This document shows positions 49,698-59,400 of a stretch of DNA of 64,000 bases, one piece after another (the stretch's first letter is position 1; every line of letters begins with the position of its first letter). Source of the DNA: a virus. A program made the position numbers and the translations under genes. Location: the UHGV virus genome UHGV-1351279; one strand, written 5' to 3'. Under the pieces are notes generated by a model. It ran no database searches. It worked only from the letters and a program-made list of their open reading frames with translations, and had not been told where the DNA came from.

Positions 49698-49708
49698 TTT
49701 ATTTTATT

Positions 49709-49903
49709 TTATTCTGATTCATTTTCTATATCTTTATATAATTTTATAAAGAAATCTAAATTAAAAAAGGCTAAACATAATATGAATGCATTAATCAATA
49801 TAAATGCATCTTTGTTATGTATAATCTCTTTTAATACACATAAAACTGCTGCAAAACAAGAAAACAAGTTTGCATACATTAGTAATCTTGGAATAATTTT
49901 CAT
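49709..49903 (-). CDS. small membrane protein
   Basis: 64 aa, hydrophobic. Confidence 0.35.
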   Translation of the reverse strand: MKIIPRLLMYANLFSCFAAVLCVLKEIIHNKDAFILINAFILCLAFFNLDFFIKLYKDIENESE

Positions 49904-50169
49904 GATTTGATTTTTTTAATTCTTTTTAATCTCTTTTTAGCTTTCAATCTATTTAATCCATTACCTATTGCTTCTATAGCAAAGAAAACAGAGATAAAAG
50001 CGGATAATACATTTACCATAGGTGTAAAGCTTGCTAATACTATAATACCTAAAACCCACGGTTGGTCTAACTCTCTTATTTTCCTAAACCTTAAAATAAA
50101 GAATATTAGTCCACAAATTAAAGATATACAAAAAGCTGGTACATAAGTCATACTGAAAAATTCTTTCAT
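49900..50169 (-). CDS. small membrane protein with basic C-terminus
   Basis: 89 aa, two TM helices, C-terminal KAKKRLKRIKKIKS. Confidence 0.4.
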   Translation of the reverse strand: MKEFFSMTYVPAFCISLICGLIFFILRFRKIRELDQPWVLGIIVLASFTPMVNVLSAFISVFFAIEAIGNGLNRLKAKKRLKRIKKIKS

Positions 50170-51032
50170 TCTTTATTGTATTTTAATAGTTCTTTACTTG
50201 ATTCTAAACTATCATAAGTTTCAAAAAGACAAGGGTCTGAAAGGCCATAAGGATTTGTTTCTATTATGGAAATATCTAAGAATCTCTTATTAATTCCAAC
50301 TTTATAGTGAGTTCCTCCTGAAACATATAAATCAGCTACAAAATTGTCTACTTTAATATTTGGTATACAAATATTGTCCATAAAGTACGTAACACCCCTC
50401 TTAATTTCATTTAAATATTTTTTATTATAAGAGAAGGTTTCCTTATAAAATTGCTGGCTTATACCAATAACTTTTCTATCTTTTACAAACACCCTCCATT
50501 CACAATGCCTATCCAAATTAGCAAATGGTCTAATGTATAGAATAATTTCATCTTTTAATTTAGTTAGAAACACTAAGTCCTCAAAAGTTCTCATTGAACC
50601 TAATAGAGCATCTATAATTTCTCCTGCATTATGAAGAGATTTATAATCCTCTTTAGGCCAATTCTGAATATAATCCTTTGGGCTTCTGCTTTCTAACTTA
50701 ACAAATAGTTCTCTTATCCTATTAGCTCCAAAAAAGAATTGATTTTCTTTTTTATTGAGTTGTCTCTGTAAGTAATTTACAAGAATGTGTTCTGCTTTCT
50801 TATCATTGTCAAGGCATGGTCTAATCATTTCAGTAGGTATTTTTATCTCTTTTATTGGAGGAGAATATGAGAATAAGTCTTTACCCCAATCAGAGAATTT
50901 TACCCCATTTAAATTATTATACCAATCTTGCGCAACTTCTACAGGATTTCTTCTTGGTGAATCTTCTAATGCATTTTTTATTACTTCTATATTTGCATCT
51001 ATAAGTAATTCTGTTAATTCTGCTTTTGTCAT
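50166..51032 (-). CDS. hypothetical protein
   Basis: 288-aa ORF. Confidence 0.4.
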   Translation of the reverse strand: MTKAELTELLIDANIEVIKNALEDSPRRNPVEVAQDWYNNLNGVKFSDWGKDLFSYSPPIKEIKIPTEMIRPCLDNDKKAEHILVNYLQRQLNKKENQFFFGANRIRELFVKLESRSPKDYIQNWPKEDYKSLHNAGEIIDALLGSMRTFEDLVFLTKLKDEIILYIRPFANLDRHCEWRVFVKDRKVIGISQQFYKETFSYNKKYLNEIKRGVTYFMDNICIPNIKVDNFVADLYVSGGTHYKVGINKRFLDISIIETNPYGLSDPCLFETYDSLESSKELLKYNKE

Positions 51033-51034
51033 AA

Positions 51035-51367
51035 TTATTTTTTATTATCAAAATAATTTAATACTTCAATATCTGTTATCATAAGAGTAGTATATTTACA
51101 ATCAGGTTTATTATAATACAAAATTATTTGCCAATCTCCAAAACCATTTTCTCTGGATAGATAAATAATTTCTGGAGATACATTAATCTTTTTACTTATA
51201 TACTCTTTTACTTGTTCTTTTGTAGCAAATCTTGGTAGAGTTATTGGATAATCACCAAATGGATTCATATATTTTACAACTATATAACAAAATATACCCC
51301 ATGGAATTACTATAAAGACAGTATTAAATAAAAGAGTAAGTAAATCTTGTTTTATACTTTCACTCAT
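51035..51367 (-). CDS. membrane-anchored protein
   Basis: N-terminal TM LLTLLFNTVFIVIPWGIFCYIVV. Confidence 0.4.
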   Translation of the reverse strand: MSESIKQDLLTLLFNTVFIVIPWGIFCYIVVKYMNPFGDYPITLPRFATKEQVKEYISKKINVSPEIIYLSRENGFGDWQIILYYNKPDCKYTTLMITDIEVLNYFDNKK

Positions 51368-51936
51368 AGTAAAGGTTTTGCTTGTTCTAACAGCTCTCCA
51401 TGTTCCTCAAAAAACTTGTTTCTTACTTCTTCTGTTTTAAAAGATAATATTCTATTTGCAGAAAAAGAGTTTCCTTTCTCTATTTTATCTAACTCTGTGA
51501 ATATATTGTATTTCCTTATGGTATCATCTTTCCAATTAGGTTTCCAACCCTCATTGTAATAGTCTCTTAACCAAATAAGTTTAGCAAGAGCTTTAAAAGC
51601 TTCTGCTATTCTCTCATCAGGAAGCTCTATTTCATGTAATATAGAAATGTATCCGCCATTAATTAATGAATCCATTCTAACATTATCGTATGTTGGTGTG
51701 AATTTCTCTTGTTCAAACCCTTTTAACTCTACTTCATAGGGCTTTATTGATAAGGTTGGTATAGAGCATAATCCAAAAGAGCCGTCTATGTGATAAAAAT
51801 AATCATCTCCATTAAAAACAACTTTTATATACCAATAACCATCAACATCTCTTTCTATTTCAACTATTTTCCCTTTGGAATCTGGGAAATTTACTTGGTC
51901 ATATACTTCTTGACCTACTTTAAATATTGTTTTCAT
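51364..51936 (-). CDS. hypothetical protein, paralog family B (MKTIFKVGQEV... N-terminus)
   Basis: N-terminus MKTIFKVGQEVYD...KGKIV shared with 55135..55545 and 55545..55961. Confidence 0.4.
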   Translation of the reverse strand: MKTIFKVGQEVYDQVNFPDSKGKIVEIERDVDGYWYIKVVFNGDDYFYHIDGSFGLCSIPTLSIKPYEVELKGFEQEKFTPTYDNVRMDSLINGGYISILHEIELPDERIAEAFKALAKLIWLRDYYNEGWKPNWKDDTIRKYNIFTELDKIEKGNSFSANRILSFKTEEVRNKFFEEHGELLEQAKPLL

Positions 51937-52349
51937 AAGTTACCTATTTTACAAAGTGTTATTACAAGTATGTTTTTATAGATAAAAGCTTTTATAATTG
52001 GACTTTTACATATATCTAACTGTTTTATACAAAAAACCAACATATCTAATACTTTATTCTTAGATATTTCCTCATTGGAATAACTTTCTATTTTTGATTT
52101 CAAATTATATCTATTTTTAGTTTTGTAGATATAATCATATAAAAGGTTTCCACTTTTAATATGAAGCCCATTAGTTGTCAAAATAATAAGCTGTGTAAAA
52201 AGAAAATTGTTTAAATTACAATCATCTTTTTCTTTCAATCTTTCTAATATCTCTATTAACTCTTTATTAGACTTTAGTTTATGCCAACTAAACAAACAAT
52301 TATTAATAACAGGTATGAAAGAATCTTTAGTTATTTTCATATAATTCAA
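51933..52349 (-). CDS. hypothetical protein
   Basis: 138-aa ORF. Confidence 0.4.
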   Translation of the reverse strand: MNYMKITKDSFIPVINNCLFSWHKLKSNKELIEILERLKEKDDCNLNNFLFTQLIILTTNGLHIKSGNLLYDYIYKTKNRYNLKSKIESYSNEEISKNKVLDMLVFCIKQLDICKSPIIKAFIYKNILVITLCKIGNL

Positions 52350-52785
52350 TTAGTTTATTGACTAATGCTTCTCTTGCTTCCTCATATTTTTCAAAATTCT
52401 TATAGTTAGCAGAGTAAAATAGTACATCACCAGATATGTTTCTTATCATATATCCATAGTTGTAATGTGTCTCATCATGAAGACCAAAATCATCATACTC
52501 TATTGTTCCTATAAGTCCTCTATCTCTAAACCATTTAAAAGCTGTTTCATAATCAAAAATAGAAACTTTTTCTAAAGAATCATTGTAGTTTACAGACTCC
52601 ATATTTTTATGTGTTCCTTTATAATTATTTTCCATTTCATCTAATTCAAAATGAAAAATATCTGGATTTCTTTTATAAAAATATAGAAAACATCTTTCTT
52701 TGAAACCTATATTTTTCATCTTCTCAGCTAATTCAGTAATTATAAGGTTTTTTAGAAACATTTTATTATCTTCTTTTATATACAT
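52327..52785 (-). CDS. hypothetical protein, paralog family A (C-terminal YEEAREALVNKLIELYENN)
   Basis: C-terminus nearly identical to 52788..53093. Shares the W/FR..G...EY core with 54192..54635. Confidence 0.45.
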   Translation of the reverse strand: MYIKEDNKMFLKNLIITELAEKMKNIGFKERCFLYFYKRNPDIFHFELDEMENNYKGTHKNMESVNYNDSLEKVSIFDYETAFKWFRDRGLIGTIEYDDFGLHDETHYNYGYMIRNISGDVLFYSANYKNFEKYEEAREALVNKLIELYENN

Positions 52786-52787
52786 CT

Positions 52788-53093
52788 CTACTCTTTTTTA
52801 TAAACTTCAATTAATTTATTAACCAATGCTTCACGAGCTTCTTCATAGGTTTTAAAATAGCTTATTCTTGTTTGTAGTAATATACCAAATATACTTATTT
52901 TAAACATATCATTATCAGAAGTATATTCTATGTGGGAGTGGAAGCCTTTACTTCTGAACCATTCTAAGACTTGTTCCCAAGTTGGAATTGCAGTTCTCAA
53001 AACAAAATTCTTGTATATATCTAATTTATCTTCTAAATCTTTATTGCTTACAAGTTCTACATCTTCTAATAAAACAATAGCTTCAGAATACAT
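52788..53093 (-). CDS. hypothetical protein, paralog family A (short member)
   Basis: WEQVLEWFRSKGFHSHIEY...YEEAREALVNKLIEVYKKE. Confidence 0.45.
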   Translation of the reverse strand: MYSEAIVLLEDVELVSNKDLEDKLDIYKNFVLRTAIPTWEQVLEWFRSKGFHSHIEYTSDNDMFKISIFGILLQTRISYFKTYEEAREALVNKLIEVYKKE

Positions 53094-53170
53094 TTCTTCT
53101 TTAAAATTTATAAAATTATAGTCTTCTGAATGTGTTTCAACATTTTCTACTAAACAAGGTTCATTAAATC

Positions 53171-53536
53171 CTATTTCTTTAAGTTTTTTTTGCTATTTCT
53201 ATTGGCACAAGCCATGTTGGATAATTGTTCTTTTGCATGCTCTATTTGTTTTTTGTGAAGTTCATAATCTGTAATGATATTTTTGAAATTTGAGTTCTCA
53301 TCTATAATCATTTCACTATAAGAGGTTTTAAAAGTAGTTAAAAAGTGTTGTATTACATTGTTATATAATTCAACTTTGTATATTTCACCTACTTTATTTT
53401 TCATCTCTACTATATATAATTCGTTGTTATAGTTTACAACAGAGGTGATTTCCACACCTCTGTTTTTTAAATCTTTATAACCTCTTATATATTTATAAAG
53501 TATTGTTTCCCAAAGTTCTTTACTTTCTTCATTCAT
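53171..53536 (-). CDS. hypothetical protein ending at an A8 slippery run
   Basis: 121 aa. C-terminus NSKKNLKK* is encoded across the A8 run at 53184-53191 (plus-strand T8). Confidence 0.4.
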   Translation of the reverse strand: MNEESKELWETILYKYIRGYKDLKNRGVEITSVVNYNNELYIVEMKNKVGEIYKVELYNNVIQHFLTTFKTSYSEMIIDENSNFKNIITDYELHKKQIEHAKEQLSNMACANRNSKKNLKK

Positions 53537-53882
53537 GAATATTTCCTATTATTTGTACTTTAAAGTATTCTACATTTTCTTTAGTTACAGAATATGTATT
53601 ATAATCTACACTACCCTTATCATACCTAAAGCAAAAACAGCAATAATCTTCTTCAAAAGTTACAGAAGCTTGTTTATCTACAGTTTCAAGATATACTATG
53701 TCTCCTTCATAGATTTCTTTACCATTTATATCATATAGACCAGTGAATTGACCTACTGATTCTGGTATGACATGTTTCCCATTTATGAATAGTCCCTTCT
53801 CAGGAGATTCATACCATGAAAGATAGCCATATAACCACTTATTAGTGTTTGAGTCTAAACCTCTAAAATTTATTATTCTCAT
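53529..53882 (-). CDS. YopX-like phage protein
   Basis: MRIINFRGLD...NGKEIYEGDIVYLE matches the M.IKFRAW / GKEIYEGDIV hallmarks of the YopX family. Start placed at the Met giving the canonical N-terminus; the track start is 53915. Confidence 0.45.
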   Translation of the reverse strand: MRIINFRGLDSNTNKWLYGYLSWYESPEKGLFINGKHVIPESVGQFTGLYDINGKEIYEGDIVYLETVDKQASVTFEEDYCCFCFRYDKGSVDYNTYSVTKENVEYFKVQIIGNIHE

Positions 53883-53883
53883 G

Positions 53884-54132
53884 TTAATCAATAATTTCAA
53901 AATGTGAATCATCATCTATAATAGAAATTTCAAGTATCTTTCCTTCATTTACATTCTCAAAATCATCTTCTAAGATATAATTCTCTTTTAATTTAAGAAT
54001 CTGCTCATCTCTATTTCCTACTATTTCATAAGTAAGTTCTTTTACTACTTTGCAGGTAGAAACAGCTCTAATTTTTACTTTTTTCATTATTACTTTTATT
54101 ATTATCTTCAAAGAATGCTTTATGAAATACAC
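53884..54132 (-). CDS. hypothetical small protein (likely starts at internal ATG ~54086)
   Basis: Track start is GTG. MKKVKIRAV... from the ATG at 54084-54086 is more plausible. Confidence 0.35.
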   Translation of the reverse strand: MYFIKHSLKIIIKVIMKKVKIRAVSTCKVVKELTYEIVGNRDEQILKLKENYILEDDFENVNEGKILEISIIDDDSHFEIID

Positions 54133-54211
54133 CTCCTATACCAAAAATCACTATATATAAACCAACAAGAAATATAATTGCAGCTACTATATTAAGAATT
54201 AATTCTTTCAT
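54068..54211 (-). CDS. possible small membrane protein (47 aa, below cutoff)
   Basis: Hand-translated as MKELILNIVAAIIFLVGLYIVIFGIGGVFHKAFFEDNNKSNNEKSKN. Overlaps both neighbours by short out-of-frame segments. Confidence 0.25.
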   Translation of the reverse strand: MKELILNIVAAIIFLVGLYIVIFGIGGVFHKAFFEDNNKSNNEKSKN

Positions 54212-54635
54212 TCTGTTTTTCTTTATAAATTTTAATTAATTCTTTTAAACACTCTCCTCTTGCTATTTCATAAGAAATATAATAATTAATATATTTTTCC
54301 CAAGCAAAATCATGAATTATTTCATATAGATAACCTATTTTACACTTTAAATCAGGGTGAAATATATAGTCTATATTTGCTTTATAACCTTTATTTCTAA
54401 ACCAGGAAAAAGCTTGTTCAAAAGTAGGTAAATCAGTAAAAGGACTGTTTGGCATGTTTCCTCCAATTACAAAATCTGAAATTAAAGGTTCATTAGAGGA
54501 ACCATTCTTTAAACAAGCTGTAATTCCAATACCTTCTGAAAAAGAAAATATACAAGATTCATCAAAACCTAAGTCTTTCAATTCTTTGGCTAATTCTAAA
54601 GGAACTAACCAATCAGGGTATTCATTCTTTTTCAT
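54192..54635 (-). CDS. hypothetical protein, paralog family A (divergent member)
   Basis: LAKELKDLGFDESCIFSF / FEQAFSWFRNKGY / YEIARGECLKELIKIY align with 52327..52785. Confidence 0.4.
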   Translation of the reverse strand: MKKNEYPDWLVPLELAKELKDLGFDESCIFSFSEGIGITACLKNGSSNEPLISDFVIGGNMPNSPFTDLPTFEQAFSWFRNKGYKANIDYIFHPDLKCKIGYLYEIIHDFAWEKYINYYISYEIARGECLKELIKIYKEKQNERINS

Positions 54636-54915
54636 CTTTTATAGCTTTAGATGCTTTTTCAAAAGTTTTATAGATTTCATTAGTGTTTCTATACCAATGA
54701 CTTTTAGAGGTGTTTGGTTCTTTTGTTAAATCAAGCCAAACAGTTGTGTAAGACTTTTCTTTAATAGTTTCACCATCTAATTCATACCTCTTTTCCTCGT
54801 TAATTACAAATAATTTACCTTTTATTACTTTTTTATATGAAGCTTTACTATCTTTTTCAAAAAACTCTTCTATAGTGTAAAAATATTTACCTAAATCTCT
54901 CTTTGTTATTCTCAT
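54622..54915 (-). CDS. hypothetical protein
   Basis: 97-aa ORF. Confidence 0.4.
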   Translation of the reverse strand: MRITKRDLGKYFYTIEEFFEKDSKASYKKVIKGKLFVINEEKRYELDGETIKEKSYTTVWLDLTKEPNTSKSHWYRNTNEIYKTFEKASKAIKDEKE

Positions 54916-54916
54916 T

Positions 54917-55138
54917 TTACTCTATTGTTTTACAATTATTTTCAATACTTTCTTTTATAACTTTGGTTATTTCTTTTAAATCTATTACATTACTAATGTA
55001 ACATTTCTCTAATTTGAAGAGTTTTCCAAAAAATGGGTCATAAAGATAATTACAACCATTTATATTTATTGAAAAAGGCTCTTTAGAATGTTTTATCTTA
55101 CTAAATAAATCTTTTAAATCATCTTCAGTTGGTTTCAT
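54917..55138 (-). CDS. hypothetical small protein
   Basis: 73-aa ORF. Confidence 0.35.
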   Translation of the reverse strand: MKPTEDDLKDLFSKIKHSKEPFSININGCNYLYDPFFGKLFKLEKCYISNVIDLKEITKVIKESIENNCKTIE

Positions 55139-55545
55139 TCTAATCCAAGTATTTTAATCTGTTCGTCTGTTAGTGGTTCACAATAATCCCAATCATCACC
55201 TTCAGAATCATAAAAATTTCCTTTTTCATCTACACTACTAAGTATACACAAATAAAAATAATCTTTATCGTATTTATGTTTAAATCTACACCATTTACCT
55301 ATGTATTTAGTGTAATCTCTTGCATATATTTGATTAAAACCTTTCAATGTATACTCTGTAAAAGATAAGAGTTTTGAAGCTACTCCTTTTGAATAATGTA
55401 CTTCATCTCCATTTTTAAATTTGACATCACAAACTAATTTTGAATCTTCTTCTTTTTCCCAATCAAAAGAGTACATAAAAATTACTACTCCCCAACCAAA
55501 TCTTATGTCAAAGACTTTGTCACCTTTTTCAAATATTGTTTTCAT
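55135..55545 (-). CDS. hypothetical protein, paralog family B
   Basis: MKTIFEKGDKVFDIRFGWGVV...PLTDEQIKILGLE. Confidence 0.45.
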   Translation of the reverse strand: MKTIFEKGDKVFDIRFGWGVVIFMYSFDWEKEEDSKLVCDVKFKNGDEVHYSKGVASKLLSFTEYTLKGFNQIYARDYTKYIGKWCRFKHKYDKDYFYLCILSSVDEKGNFYDSEGDDWDYCEPLTDEQIKILGLE

Positions 55546-55961
55546 TATAAATTAAGTATTTTAATTTGTTCTTCAGTTAATGGTTTAAAATTCTTGTATG
55601 ATTCATCTTCACAACTTTTAAAAGGATATATACTATTATTTTCATAGTTATAGAGTTTGCCAATTCTATTTGTATTTTCAAAGTCTTCTATATCATCATA
55701 AAATACACCCCAAGTACCAAAGTATTCACTATAATCAATAATAGGTTCTTGAGTAAAACCTTCTAATGTATATTCTTTAGTTGCTAAAGTTGGTTTATCA
55801 GTAACTTGTTCACATATAGTTCCATTTAAATGATACCAAATTTCTTCTTTTGGTTTTTTATCAAATAGTACAGAAATATATTTTGTCTCTATCTTTTTTA
55901 TTGTTCCCCAACCAAAGAAGAAGTCAAATACTCTTTGGTTTACTTTAAATTTTGTTCTCAT
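55545..55961 (-). CDS. hypothetical protein, paralog family B
   Basis: MRTKFKVNQRVFDFFFGWGTI...PLTEEQIKILNL. Tandem to 55135..55545. Confidence 0.45.
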   Translation of the reverse strand: MRTKFKVNQRVFDFFFGWGTIKKIETKYISVLFDKKPKEEIWYHLNGTICEQVTDKPTLATKEYTLEGFTQEPIIDYSEYFGTWGVFYDDIEDFENTNRIGKLYNYENNSIYPFKSCEDESYKNFKPLTEEQIKILNL

Positions 55962-55964
55962 TTT

Positions 55965-56189
55965 TTACCCTTTTAGACTATCATAAATATTGTTTATTTC
56001 TTCACATATCTCAGAAATATCATACATTAGTTCTTGTGTAGATTTATCTGATGTAAGTTCTTTAAAATCTTTTCTTTTAAAGTGTTCTTTTCCCTTATCA
56101 TTAATAGTTTTAAACTCTTGTAAAGCTTCTTTTACTTTTATAGAAGCTTGTTTTAAGTCTTCTAAGTTTTTTATTATTTCTTCTTTCAT
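55965..56189 (-). CDS. hypothetical small protein
   Basis: 74-aa ORF. Confidence 0.35.
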   Translation of the reverse strand: MKEEIIKNLEDLKQASIKVKEALQEFKTINDKGKEHFKRKDFKELTSDKSTQELMYDISEICEEINNIYDSLKG

Positions 56190-56440
56190 ATACTATCAAT
56201 TATATTTTTTACTAATTTATCTGTGTTCTCTGAGAGTTTCTTGGATATTATCTTTAGTATATCTAATGACAAATCTTCATCTACACAAAGTGTAAAAGAC
56301 TCTCCTATTTCATTGAAGAAAGATACTTTACCTTCATACCTATCTTTTTGTTTTTCTTCTTCTTTTTCAAAAGAGTAACCTTTTTTAAATTCTAATGAAA
56401 ACTCTTTTATTCTAAAATTCTTATTCATAATTAATGACAT
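56186..56440 (-). CDS. hypothetical small protein
   Basis: 84-aa ORF overlapping the polymerase start. Confidence 0.35.
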   Translation of the reverse strand: MSLIMNKNFRIKEFSLEFKKGYSFEKEEEKQKDRYEGKVSFFNEIGESFTLCVDEDLSLDILKIISKKLSENTDKLVKNIIDSI

Positions 56441-59400
56441 TCTGCATAATTAACTCCAAAGTCTGCACTTATATCCATTGGTATTGAAAACTTTATTTTA
56501 TCATTTACTTTTGAAATACACTCTTTTAGATATTTTAATATACTATCTTTAGAGATATTATTATTAAAATAACATAAGTACTCATCATGTATCTGAAGCA
56601 TTACTGTATTTACTCTTTTTCTTACTTCTTGTAAGTAACAATCAAAAACAAATACAGCAGTACTTTGATTTAGTGATGAAAATATATCTTTAAAATACCT
56701 AAGTGAAATCCAAAAGTTACTTACAGGATTAAGTATATACATAGTATTTACAGTTTGTAAAAAACTGTTTTGTAATTTTTGACACCTTTTCTTTTCTTTC
56801 TTACTATTGTCTTTAGGTAAAAAATCTACTGTCTTATATACTTTTACTTCCCCTGTTTTGTGTATTACTTTCAATAAGAGGTCTTTCTCTACATCTAACA
56901 CAGATTTATTCATAGTCCAATAACCATCTAATATAGTCTCTGCTTCTTCTTTTGTACAATCTAAGTTTTTAGCTAATGTTGGAGCTCCAACTTTATATAC
57001 AGAAGAATTTCCTGTTATAACTACTAAATCATTTTGTTTTGCAATAAAAGTTTTATTTTTATTGTTTACACAAAACACATCTGTATACCTACTAAAATCT
57101 TTTTTTAGTTTTTGACCTGTTATGTTTCTCCTATTTCTTATAAAGACATCAACACAAACATTATTTTTATAAACTTTTCCTTTTGATAATTTGTAAAAGT
57201 ACCCATTTAAAGTTAAAGCTAAACAAAAAGCATCTAATATTTTACCCTTATTTTGAGTAAATATCTTTTGACCCTCTTTTTTATGACCATCTCCTTTTAA
57301 CATGTGTATTATGAACTCTTCTCTTATGTCATGTGGTATGTTTATTATAAGGTTAGTGTAATCTATGTCTTTTTTATTTCTTTCAGGTAAATTAAGTCTG
57401 TAAAACAAACTTCTTATTTCTGATGGTGATAGGTCATAGTAAGTAAGTCCATCTTTTCTTGTATAAGTTCTGTATTTATAATTATTCAATACTTTTTCTA
57501 AATCTTCTTTGTTACTTTTTTGACCTATTTTACATATAACATGTCTTTTTTTACCATTAGAATTAGATGTACCATTTAATTTATCAGACCATTCTACATA
57601 ACCTTCTGTTAGAATCCAAGCTAAAAGCCTTATATCTTCAACATTGTAATCTCTGTTTGTGTTTTTATAAGGTGCTGAAACAATTATTTTATCATTTTTG
57701 TTTATATCTTTTGTTTCAACAAAAACGTTTTTATAATATGTTTCCTTGTTTTTTGATGTTATTTTTTTAGAAGAAAACCATTTATGGTTTGGTGTACATT
57801 CAAAAGAAAAATGACTATTATGTAAGCTTATAACTTCTTGTTTTTCAAAATAGGGTATAGAGTCTATTTTTACAACTTCTAATTCATTTAATTCTGTATT
57901 ATAAGAAAAAATGCAATCATCTAATTTTAGTTGCTCATATTTTTTCCAACCCTCTGTTGTTAAAATTTCTGTTATATCAGTTGGCAAACAAAAATTTACT
58001 ATTTTAGCCTTATTTCTCATAGTTTTTAATTCTAAAAATTCTTTTTTTTCATCTTCATTTTTTTCTTCTTTTTTATCTAATTCTTTATATCTATTAGCTT
58101 GTTTTTCACTCATTAAACCTGAAAATTTTGCAATTTCAATATGTGCATCATATCCTGGAACTCTTTTTTTATTTACATAATCAGGGTCAAATTTGTACAT
58201 ATAATTATCTTGAGTTGTTGCTTCAGCTGCTGATAAGTCAGAACCACACAGTATAGTATTTTCTTTAGGAGAAAGAATTAAACCTCTAATCTCTTTACCA
58301 TAAAAGGTATTTGGTTTAGGTAAATTACTAATAGGTTTTCTGTGTAGAAATCTAAAGGTATTTGATAAACCTCCAGCAGTAGCATAAACACAATTATTCT
58401 TGTCCATACTTTCCATAAAAGACTTAAACACTCCTATCCTATGAGTTATTAAAGAAAGGTCATTAAACAGCTCTATTTCTGGTACTATTTCTATTAATTT
58501 TTTTACAGAATTACATATTTTACCATTATCATCATAAATCTGTTCTACCTCTTTTTTAGTACCTTTTTTCTTATCTTTTACTGTTTTATAAGTACAAGGT
58601 ATCCAACCTAATGAGTAAAACCATTTTTTTACCTGGTCTACACTTCCTGGATTAGGTTCTTCCTCTTCACATATTAAAGTAACTATTCCTTCATAATCTT
58701 CAGGTAATTCTTGTTCTTGTAAAATAGCTAACCACTTTTTACCTGCTTCACTCAAAGAACCATCTTTCTTAGTCATTTTATTGGGTTTAGTTACCTCTTT
58801 GTATTTATATACTTTAGGCATTATTCCTTTTAAAATTTCTACTTTTTCATTATAGATTGTTTCAAGCTCATCTAAAGATTTGTAAAGTAATTTCGTATCT
58901 ACTTTTATCTTTACTTCTTCTTGCTCTCTTAGACAATCCATTTTGAAGTTTAAATAGTTAATGATTCTTTCTTTATCCTCCTGTTTAGAATATAGTTTAT
59001 GAAGAAAAATTATTTGATTGTGAAATAATCTCTGATTAATCTCAACATCTTCACTGCACCTGTGAATATATTCCTCAATAGTTAGATTACTCCAATCAGA
59101 TATTTTAGGTTTAGGTACTCCAAATTCTTCTCCAAAGGATTCTAATCCATGAGATTTTCTCCCTATATATAAATACCATGATAATCCCATAGTATCTATA
59201 ATTTTAAGCTCCTTTGGCTTTTTCCAACCTAATAATTTTTTTAATACAGGTAAATCAAATCTTAGAATGTTATGCCCAATTAATGTTTCTTGTTTATCTA
59301 AAAAGGTGATAATATCATTAGGATTCACTAAAGCTCCCTTTTCTAATAAAATACCTTTTTCATAAATTTGATAACAAAAACAATGTAGTTTTGTTACCTC

